This document shows positions 27,801-39,800 of a DNA stretch of 64,000 nt, piece after piece. The DNA comes from Tubiluchus corallicola (Eukaryota; Animalia; Priapulida), in the NCBI GenBank assembly GCA_030141605.1, contig JAQGDQ010000837.1:25561-89560 (forward strand), written 5' to 3'. The notes below the pieces were generated by a model. The model saw nothing but the letters and a program-made list of their open reading frames with translations, searched no databases and had not been told where the DNA came from. A program made the position numbers and the translations under genes. Positions within the stretch are counted from its first letter, which is position 1. Each line of letters starts with the position of its first letter.

Positions 27801-30800
27801 CGTTAATTAATAAATGGTTCGGAAGTGGTGCTGACAAACCACTTGCACAGTGGTGGCTAGTTTTTTTACTGGATTACTGCTGTGTTTACAAATCCCGAGA
27901 TGTCTACAATAAACATAACGGGCATGTGATAATTAATCAACAAATGTAACAAGTAAAAGTGACTGATACCATACTGACTCTGAGTAACTCGACTGTAACA
28001 AGTAAAAGTGACTGATACCATCATGACTCTGAGTAACTCGACTGTAACAAGTAAAAGTGACTGATACCATCATGACTCTGAGTAACTCGACTGTAACAAG
28101 TAAAAGTGACTGATACCATACTGACTCTGAGTAACTCGACTGTAACAAGTAAAAGTGACTGATACCATCATGACTCTGAGTAACTCGACTGTAACAAGTA
28201 AAAGTGACTGATACCATCATGACTCTGAGTAAATTGACTGTAACAAGTAAAAGTGACTGATACCATCATGACTCTGAGTAACTCGACTGTAACAAGTAAA
28301 AGTGACTGATACCATACTGACTCTGAGTAAATTGACTGTAACAAGTAAAAGTGACTGATACCATCATGACTCTGAGTAAATTGACTGTAACAAGTAAAAG
28401 TGACTGATACCATACTGACTCTGAGTAAATTGACTGTAACAAGTAAAAGTGACTGATACCATCATGACTCTGAGTAACTCGACTGTAACAAGTAAAAGTG
28501 ACTGATACCATACTGACTCTGAGTAAATTGACTGTAACAAGTAAAAGTGACTGATACCATCATGACTCTGAGTAAATTGACTGTAACAAGTAAAAGTGAC
28601 TGATACCATACTGACTCTGAGTAAATTGACTGTAACAAGTAAAAGTGACTGATACCATCATGACTCTGAGTAACTCGACTGTAACAAGTAAAAGTGACTG
28701 ATACCATACTGACTCTGAGTAAATTGACTGTAACAAGTAAAAGTGACTGATACCATCATGACTCTGAGTAAATTGACTGTAACAAGTAAAAGTGACTGAT
28801 ACCATACTGACTCTGAGTAAATTGACTGTAACAAGTAAAAGTGACTGATACCATCATGACTCTGAGTAACTCGACTGTAACAAGTAAAAGTGACTGATAC
28901 CATACTGACTCTGAGTAAATTGACTGTAACAAGTAAAAGTGACTGATACCATCATGACTCTGAGTAAATTGACTGTAACAAGTAAAAGTGACTGATACCA
29001 TACTGACTCTGAGTAAATTGACTGTAACAAGTAAAAGTGACTGATACCATCATGACTCTGAGTAACTCGACTGTAACAAGTAAAAGTGACTGATACCATA
29101 CTGACTCTGAGTAAATTGACTGTAACAAGTAAAAGTGACTGATACCATACTGACTCTGAGTAAATTGACTGTAACAAGTAAAAATGATTGATACCATCAT
29201 GCAGTTCACTGCGCAATCGATCATTGTCCTCTTGCAACACGGACTTCTGGGTATTAAGCACTGACACGTACATCTCTAGATCACTGCGGGAAGATTTCTC
29301 CGCTTGCAAAACATGACTCAACTCTTTCATCTAAAAAATAAACGACAATTCACCGCTAGGATAGTGAGCACAGAAACAGCCAAATGGTCACGGCATGTGT
29401 TTAGTGACTGATGTTATGAATAATGACGAAGCTGATAAGTGAGTTCGTGAGTGCCTAGGTTCAATACTCAGTCTCGCAGTTTCCTTTGTCATACTGATTC
29501 TGGCTATTTACCTTGCAGAGAAAAACTTATATATGTCCAAACATGTCTAAAAACACCTCTGACAGTGCAGTGACTCATCTTAGAAGAAGAGTAGGGCTGT
29601 AATGATAAACCTTGGTCATGATATGATACATGATACTAATTGCATGATACCTGAGGTAATGTTTGTGAGCTTTTTAAAAGAAACTAGAGTGACTTTTTGA
29701 TAATAAATGCTAAATATATTTTTTCAATAGATAGGTTTGACACAACACAGGCAAACTTTGTTGATACATGTATTGTAATAAAAGATATCATGATACATCA
29801 ATGTATCGTTACAGGTTCAATAATCAGTTACGGGTTCCAGTCTTTCCACAATTAGCTACGTTAAGTAAGTCTCGTCATTAAATACCCTGCATTCTTGCTT
29901 GCAGTGTATCAAACTGTGTATTTATTCATACTCTTGTACAGTACACACTCAAAAAATGATAAGAATGATAAGAATTAAGATGTAAATTAGTTAAAACATA
30001 TATGCAAAGGCTAAATTTTTACCGTTACCTTCTCGTTAATCGAGGAAGCCTCCGAACTCGTCTGACCGGCGTCCAGTAACGATCTAATGACTCGGCCAGC
30101 ATCTCCGCTTAACGAAGGCAGAACCTGCAAACGCGTGAGATTCAACGCTATGGAAGAACTTCCAAACATTTCACAAAAAAAAAAACAGTTTCAAACAACG
30201 ATCATCTCTGTTTAAATCATGTTTTAAGAGAGTGCGATGATTTACCATAGCTTTGTGATCATTAGTGGTGAACCTCGAACATGCGAATTCAATTCAAACA
30301 AGTTTATTTTTGAATTCGAATCTAAACTATAGATTCGAATAATTCAGCACTTCAATCACATATGTTCCTGATCATTAAAACGATTGAAACATCATGCAAT
30401 TAGCATAATTTAGCTGTCATTTCTGCGCACAATTTTTAAACAAATTACTAGTCGTTTTATCGCAGAACAAAATCTAGTGATACACATGATCTTTGTAAGA
30501 CTAATTTTTACTGGTGGTTCGAAAACTTGTTCGAAAATCGTTCAATCTCAATTCGAATTCGGTTCGAATTCGAAACACTGAAGTTCGGGTCGATTCTAAT
30601 TCGAAAGTCACAAATTCGATTCGATTCGAATTTGCTTTCTGGTAGAGAATGCTCACCCCTAATAGACAGTGGCCAATTAGTCTCGACTAACGCAACGACA
30701 CAACCACGACCTCGAAGCTCATCAAATCCAACTGTAAACAATTTCCCTCCGCTTTCTCCGAATAAGAGCAAGTGGAAGGAGATAATTGGTTGAAATCTAG

Positions 30801-33800
30801 CCTACCTTGTTAGCCGACTCGAGCACATGCACTCTCTCTTCCGACTTTTTTAACTTTGCTTTTAGATCACTAATTTCCTCTTCCAGAGGCAAAACAACGG
30901 ACTTCAGAATTTCCGTATCCTCCTGTGCCTGCGGGAACACAACAAATATTAGTAGAACACAAATTAAAGAAAAGAACAAGTCACTTAGCATGTTGGGTTT
31001 ATTTTAAACTGTTTGCGGTGTGTTAAAGAAAAGGACAAGTCACTTAGCATGTTGGGTTTATTTCACTTTAATTACTTTAAACTGTTTGTGGTGTGTTAAA
31101 GAAAAGGACAAGTCACTTAGCATGTTGGGTTTATTTTCCTTTAATCACTTAAACTGTTTGTGGTGTGTTAAAGAAAAGGACAAGTCACTTAGCATGTTGG
31201 GTTTATTTTAAACTGTTTGTGGTGTGTTAAAGAAAAGGACAAGTCACTTAGCATGTTGGGTTTATTTTACTTTAATCACTTTAAACTGTTTGTGGTGTGT
31301 TAAAGAAAAGGACAAGTCACTCAGTATGTTGGGTTTATTTTACTGTAATCACTTAAACAGTTTGTGGTGTGTTAAAGAAAAGGACAAGTCACTTAGCATG
31401 TTGGGTTTATTTTACTTTAATCACTTTAAACTGTTTGTGGTGTGTTAAAGAAAAGAACAAGTCACTTAGCATGTTGGGTTTATTTCACTTTAATCACTTA
31501 AACTGTTTGTGGTGTGTTAAAGAAAAGGACAAGTCACTTAGCATGTTGGGTTTATTTTACTGTAATCACTTAAACTGTTTGTGGTGTGTTAAAGAAAAGG
31601 ACAAGTCACTTAGCATGTTGGGTTTATTTTCCTTTAATCACTTAAACTGTTTGTGGTGTGTTAAAGAAAAGGACAAGTCACTTAGCATGTTGGGTTTATT
31701 TTACTTTAATCACTTTAAACTGTTTGTGGTGTATTAAAGAAAAGGACAAGTCACTTAGCATGTTGGGTTTATTTTACTGTAATCACTTAAACTGTTTGTG
31801 GTGTGTTAAAGAAAAGGACAAGTCACTTAGCATGTTGGGTTTATTTTACAAAAGGAAGACAGGATGACTTTCCGTATACTACCCCGGTTTCAAGTCCGAT
31901 AAAAAGTATACATTTTAACACAGTTAAAAATGCCAAAGCGTTTCTGATAATTAAATAATTAGACTAAAAACTTAATTAACGGCGGGCGAGCCCAACTATC
32001 GATGACATCACAAACGAACATAATTTTTACCAGCAAAAATATTCCACAAGCGTGTTTGTAAAAGCGAAATTGAAATGAGAGGTACAACACCCGTTTTTTG
32101 TGCAATGCATTTCCAAAATGTAGGCGCTAGTGCTCGTCGACCTAGCGAATGGCGAAATGCATGTAACAGCAAAGAACTAGTGTGTCTGTGTGCTAATAAT
32201 TCTTTCACGTAAGTCGTCTGTGAAAAAAGGTATGTTTACTTTCAATATTTTAAAGAATAGGTTGTTTTGCTCAACAGTTTAAAATAGGGTCCGGTTTTGC
32301 TTTAAAGTAAGCAATTATGCACCACAAGCCTTCTGCAAGCGAAAATATTTATAAATGAAACTCTATTTTCCAGAAATTTTTTCAAATATAAAACCATTAT
32401 TTCTCCTTATTTGCATTGGTAATGTGATCTTTTGCACATGCTTGTCAAACACAACTTGTACAAATAAGTTCGTAAACTTATGTTCGTAAGCTTATGTTCG
32501 TAAGCTTATGTTCGTAAGCTTGTGTTCGTAAGCTTATGTTCGTAAACTTACGTTCGTAAACTCGTGTTCGTAACTTATGTTCGTAAACTTATGTTCGTAA
32601 ACTTATGTTGGTAAACTTATGCTGGTAAACTTATGTGCGTAAACTTATGCTGGTAAACTTATGTGCGTAAACTTATGTTCGTAAACTTATGTTCGTAAGC
32701 TTATGTTCGTAAGCTTATGTTCGTAAGCTTGTGTTCGTAAGCTGATGTTCGTAAACTTATGTTCGTGACCTTACGTTTGTAAGCTTATGTTCGTAAGCTT
32801 ATGTTCGTGAGCTTATGTTCATAAACTTACGTTCGTAAGCTTATGTTCGTAAACTTATGTTCGTAAACTAATGTTCGTAAGCTTATGTTCGTAAGCTTAT
32901 GTTCGTAAACTTATGTTCGTAAACTTATGTTCGTAAGCTTATGTTCGTAAGCTTACGTTCGTAAACTTATGTTCGTAAGCTTGTAAACTTTGCACTGATT
33001 TTGATCCACTCTTTAGTTCCTCATGTGTAAAAATGATTTGACATGAAACAAAACGACAACTTCGATTTGGCCCAGTTTTAGGGCAGATCTAATAATTACA
33101 CCAATGATAAAAAGGGAACGTGAATTTCTTTTTATTTCAGCTTTTCATTAGTTAAATTATTCGTTTAATAAATTAGATTTGAGAAGCTTAAATTTTGAGA
33201 AACAAGTTTGCATTTTTATTTCTTAGGCCATGGTGTTTCCACTGTGCCAAGCACAGACATGCGCTTTTTCTGTATGATTCACACATGGTAAGAAATTGTA
33301 ACACTAGCGCACATTTGCAAATCGTTGATTTACCTGTTTGTCGGCCATATTGCGTCCGCGCGGGAAGCCACGAACTCGCGAGGATCCGCACAGACGTGGA
33401 CTTCCCCTGTGTGACTCACATGGAAAAAAATTGAAACACTAGCGCACCTTTGCAAATAAACTTACTGGCTGGGTAGGTATTGGTTGAAATGAACCGCACA
33501 AATTCACTCAAAGTACCATATAACCTCAAGGACGGAAAATTTAACTCTCTAATTAAATATCAATAAAAAGATGTTCCTGGTTAAGCTTCGGACACCGAAA
33601 ATATTTCATGGCCACGAGAAATAGGGTGTAACAGTACAGCGTGTTAAGTGAGAAGTTCCGGCAATAGGAGACAATTGTACACTGAACACAAATAGAGTAC
33701 AGTCAACCTCGGGTATAAGGTACTCACTTATAAGGGACCACTAACACTGGTCCCGATTTTTCCTGTGTAAAAATCTTTGTATATAAGGTACTCGGATATA

Positions 33801-36800
33801 AGGGACTTCCAGTTATAAGGGACGATATCTTCAGGTCCCACGTAATAGAAATCCAGGTAAATTACCTCGCATATAAGGGATCCTATGATCAAAGCGAAAT
33901 TGATGATTTTCAGTTTTTCGCAAACTCGGCATTCAAACAGCTCGGTTTCCATGGTCACATACTTCTTGCATCACTGAAGGAACTTCCTACAAACCATTTG
34001 CACTGAATGTGCAGAAATAATTTATAAAAATGTGGGTAACAGTACAGGTAGATACACCCTCGGTCTGACTCAACTTCAGCTATAAGAAACATCGGATATA
34101 AGGGACGGTTTTTCCGGTCCAGAAGTGTCCCTTATATCCGAGGTTGACTGTACATATTAAATGGATCTGCCCTATACACTGTTATGGTTTCTCTCATTCT
34201 CACGTATAAATAGAGGTGCTCAAGCAATGGATTTTCTAAATTTTTATGAAAATTTATGACCACAGTAAATGCCTCCCATGAGTTTCATACGAAACCCTTA
34301 ACCCTTTCATACCCGTTGTATCCCGTGGGATAGGAAAATATTTTCTGCCTTTAAAATTAATAAAATTTTAAAACTGACAGTTATTTGATCTGTTAATAGT
34401 TATTTTGATTTAAGCCAATAACAATAGACTAAAAATGGTGATAAAATGGCAAACTAAAAAATCTACATAGCATAAAAAACTGCGCAAGGTACAGTACTTT
34501 AGAGACGACTTAGTACAGATCAGCATAGCATGCATACTAAATGTCTTAAATACTTTAAAAAAATATCAGCTGTTGCAAAATGAAGCACATTTTTTGCTTT
34601 TGTTGTATTTTTAAAAAAGTCGCACTTTGTTTTTTTGCACATGACAAAGAATGTTGTGTATCCAACAGGATGCATTGGGAACAAAAGTTCCGAGCCAAAA
34701 ATTTTTTTCCTTTTAAAAAAATAATTTGGGACTGAAAGGGTTAACTTCAAAAGAAAGGAGCAAGTACGACGTGAAGAATCCAAGCACATTAAGCTTCCGT
34801 TCTAATTCTTACCCGTCTCATACTGTCCTCCAGATTGTCCGGCTCCGCTGTGCCTCCCGAAGACGGAGATTGTTTGAAAGTTGGCACCTTCTTTAACGTT
34901 TTGATGACGCCGGGCAGCACGCTGTCGCTGTCGGAACAAAAACGTATCTTTCATTAAGAAGATGCTAGGAGTTTTTAAACTAAATTGTGCGTTTTATAAC
35001 TGTTGTGCAAGCACACACTTGTACGTGCATTCAAATAAACAATAATATTAATTGTAAGTTTATGAAAACCAATATAAAATTGGTCCTTGAAATGCGATAA
35101 CCAAAGAGGTTATGCTGAGTGCGAGCACATGTCTTTAGGTTGTACTGAAGCATATCGCAAAGCAGCGGCCGACCAGCAAGTGGCACTTGGCAATTGTTAG
35201 TATATGTAGTTTGTACTAGAGAGAAAAGAATTATGTAATAAATGTGAAAAAGGAAAAGCAAGGTACGTCAGTAAGAACAGGATAGCGCTAAAAACAGTTT
35301 GGAGAAAGAAGGTCATGGGAGTAGGTTTACATATTATAGTTTTAGTTTTTTGAGAGGCAATTATGTTTTTATTTTTGCAGGAGTGTAATTAATAATTATA
35401 AAATAGTTTGTGTTAATGGAGAGAAATTTTGTATACGTATAGTTATAATATTTTTCAAGGAATATGTTATGAAGGGAGTAAGGAGAACAAAAGACAAATA
35501 CAATTACAGGTTTTTGGAGTCATCAGGAGGAACTTGAGAGTCGAATTCCGGCTGCTTACTCCTCTAATAAACAATATTCAAATAAACAATTAATATTAAT
35601 TGAAATCCAATCAATAAATGTTGTTCTATAATGTAAGAACATAATTTACAGAACAGAGATGTTACCGAAAACTGAATTTACAAACAGAGACCGAAATTTA
35701 TCAAATATAGGAAACCGATACAAGACACGCTGTACAAACGCTTATTAGTCAGCACTGAACAGACATACCTTTCTTTTTCATGATGTCCGAATAACTTATT
35801 CTTGTACTCAGCCAACTCTGCCTGCAGAGATTTGTTCTCTTCAAATAACTGCTGTCTGTCCATTTTCCGTTGCGCCTCGGATTCTGATATTACCCCTAAT
35901 AAAGGAGAAACATATTTTGCTTCTAAATACGGATACGTAAACAAGTACACTATATGTAAAATAATGCGCAAATTATTACTATTCTTTGCAATGCAAGGCA
36001 TGGACACACGTAAACTATCACGCCAAGTTGTTTTGCATTTCACAAGGAAAATTATGAATATGGATAGTGATATTAGGCTATCGGTTCTTATGAGAAATTC
36101 ATGCGGTTTCTAATGATAAATTTAAATTTGACAAAGTCAATATTAATAGAAGAGTATGTAAACTGTGTATCATACAAAAGTAGGTGATAAATTTCACTAT
36201 ATGCCTACGTGCCCATACTTCCAACATGCCGGGGAAGTGTATATTAAAGGAAGACAGGATGATTTTTCATATACTACCCCATTTTTAAGTCCGATAAACA
36301 GTATACTTTTTAGCACCATCAATATTGCAAAAGCATTTCTGATTATTAAATAATAGATTAAAAACTTAATTAATGTCGGGCGAGCCCAACTATTGGTGAA
36401 TAGGAATACGTAGAAAACTTAGCTTGGTAATTGTTAAACATTTTCTAAATGGTCACACCAGTTAGCGGTCGGTAAAACATATGTCTTACTACGAATGCTC
36501 TGTGTTTTTTTCAAACTTCATGTAATGTTATCCATCTCGTTTCAAACAACTTACCGTTAAAATGGCTGCGCATGACGGGAATTTAAATTTTACAACATTT
36601 ATACAGCATTACTGCTCACTCAAGCTCTGCATACAACAAGACAGCTTGTAAGTGCTACAAAATTTCAAGACGATTTTTTAAAACTTTACTTATGAAGCGA
36701 ATTTCACTGTCTGTAAGGAAGCCTACCTTCCATGATGTGTTGTAAGGAAGCCTACCTTCCATGATGTGTTGTAAGGAAGCCTACCTTCCATGATGTGTTG

Positions 36801-39800
36801 TAAGGAAGCCTACCTTCCATGATGTGTTGTAAGGAAGCCTACCTTCCATGATGTGTTGTAAGGAAGCCTACCTTCCATGATGTGTTGTAAGGAAGCCTAC
36901 CTTCCATGATGTGTTGTAAGGAAGCCTACCTTCCATGATGTGTTGTAAGGAAGCCTACCTTCCATGATGTGTTGTAAGGAAGCCTACCTTCCATGATGTG
37001 TTGTAAGGAAGCCTACCTTCCATGATGTGTTGTAAGGAAGCCTACCTTCCATGATGTGTTGTAAGGAAGCCTACCTTCCATGATGTGTTGTAAGGAAGCC
37101 TACCTTCCATGATGTGTTGTAAGGAAGCCTACCTTCCATGATGTGTTGTAAGGAAGCCACTTCTTCACGGCATTTTCTACTGACATCAGAGATTTCATCT
37201 TCTTTCACCGTTTCCGTGATCTTCACCTGAAAATGGCAGGATTTAAATCAGGGGTGTGCAAATTATCTGACCAGCCGGGCCGCATTAAACTTTCCCGCAA
37301 TTCCTGCGGGCCACGAGCAGTTAGAGCAAGGAGCCAAGTACAGTAGGACCTAATAACGATTTTTTGCATCCTCTCTGCATACATCATTACTACTACACTT
37401 AAGAAACTATTTTAGAAGTTATTAAAATTTATATTACAAAACATATATTTCTACTTTCAGGACAGATAGTGGTAATTTCATTACAATGCATATTAGTAAT
37501 GTGTATCACACAGTCTGTGTAGTACAGTGACATTAAGCTACAACCGTCTTGTAAGGGTTAATGGCATCCGATCTAGTAGAAAAAACTACCCGCACTATCT
37601 TTGCAATCGCGGCGCGGACTTCAGCTGGATACACTCAATTAATCGCCCGGGCAGCACTTTCATTAGGTTGACAAATCTCTTCGCGGGCCGCACAAAATCT
37701 CTCGGCGGGCCGCACTTTGCACACCCCTGATTTAAATGAAATAATTAAAAAAGCACTTGTGTTTAAAACAATTTGCTTTGCAACTTTAAAGTTTCTGCTT
37801 CGAATAGCTGACTATAAAATTTGCACAAAAACAAGTAAACGTTCTCAATAAGTAGCCAGGGATCGGAGCTGTGGAGTCGGTACATTAAACTCTTCACTCC
37901 GGCTCCGACTCCTAGAATTTTAGAGGAACCACCCCCGACTCTGAACGGAAGAAAGAAATAAAGAATAAGATTGAATGTTCTATAAAAAATGAATGTGCAG
38001 AAAAATGCAGGAGCAGCACTAAATTAAGATTTTTAAGCCATACCGAGTGGAAGCGAGAAAACTACATAGACACATGCAATCCAGAAGAGGTTAAAGATAT
38101 ATTGAAAATAAGACTGAATATGATTAAAGTTGAAGGAAACTACAAGAATGAGTTTAAGGATCAGTTATTATGCCCAGTGTGTGAGGAAGATGGTGATACT
38201 ACTGAACATATGCTTAAATGTGACAGATATGGAGAATGGAAAAAAATTTTGAACTCTGATATATTAATGAACAGTGAAAAGGAAGGACTGCTAGAAATTA
38301 GAAATCTAGTGAACGAATGCATGGAACACAGGATAAAGACAAATAGAGACATTAAACTTGGAAAAGACAACTAAAAGATCAGCGTTATAGAAGAATAGAC
38401 TTTGCACCCTATAAAGGTGCCAGGTGGAGAGAGTCGAGTATCGCAATCGCAATCTGACCCCACAATCCGACTCCGACTCTGACCCCACAATCCGATTCCG
38501 ACTCTGACCCCACAATCCGACTCCGACTCTGACCCCACAATCCGATTCCGACTCTGACCCCACAATCCGATTCCGACTCTGACCCCACAATCCGACTCCG
38601 ACTCTGACCCCACAATCCGATTCCGACTCTGACCCCACAATCCGACTCTGACCGCACAATCCGATTCTGACTCCGACCCCACAATCCGACTCCGACTCTG
38701 ACCCCACAATCCGATTCCACTCCACCGCCCCGTCAGTGACTGCTAACTAGTATCAGAACTTCTCGTACTTGAGTTCTAAGATCATCAATCTCGTTCTGCA
38801 GAAGACGGATCTGTTCCTTCAGACCAATCACGTCGTTATCGTTATGCTCTCTCAGCTGTCTTTCCAGTGTCAATTCCGCTGAAATAGAAAAAGGTCCATT
38901 TATAACCAGGCTAATCTAACCAACAGGCCAATCCTAACGTCTTTCGCCCGTATATAAACAGTCTGTTAGTGATGAAATTTTACAATTCTCGTCGTGTTTT
39001 CTATATGCTGTTTTGTTTTTATTTATGATTATGTGAATTTACATTAGAATTGGTAATTATGTTTATTATAATTGTACTCGCTGTTTTTCATTGTGTATAA
39101 TGTGTGTAAATTTTTGTTACTAAGTATTAAAATGTGTTCGTTATCTTTTATTATGTATGTATGTAGTGTTGGATTATAATTTGTAACTATGTCTATTGTA
39201 TATGATCGTTGTCGTTCAATGTGTCTCATGCATTGGATTCTAAATTATATATACATATACGTGAATAGGCTTAATATGTTGTAAATGCTTTTAGAAATTT
39301 CAAACATATCCCTACAAATAAAGGGAATGTATTCTGTACATAGTTTTTAAAAAAAAGAATTATAATAACAACCAACAGTCTTAGATCGTTGCTTTGCGTT
39401 ACATTGTATTATCTACAAGATTAGAAAGTACAAGAATATATAATTTTGGAATTGCAAAGAAAGTGTCTGGCAAATTGTAGATGAAAGCATAAGGCTAAAA
39501 AATCTGCAAAATAAAAAGGAAAGTCTGCCACCAGTGCACAAAAGGATTCATGCAATGGATATAATAATTCATATGGATGTCATACGCATATTTAGAATTT
39601 GCGAGAGGGCCACGGCGTCCCGTAACGGGCGTTTTTCCCGATCCAACTCGCGATTTTTTCGAAATTTTGCTTAAACAGCCTGTAGAAAAAACGTTCTAGC
39701 GGCGCTTGGTGGGACTTTCGGAAGGAGATACGATGACTTACGTGAAAGAATTATTACTGCACGAACATAATTTCGTGTTCGCGTCGCTAGTTCTTTGCTG

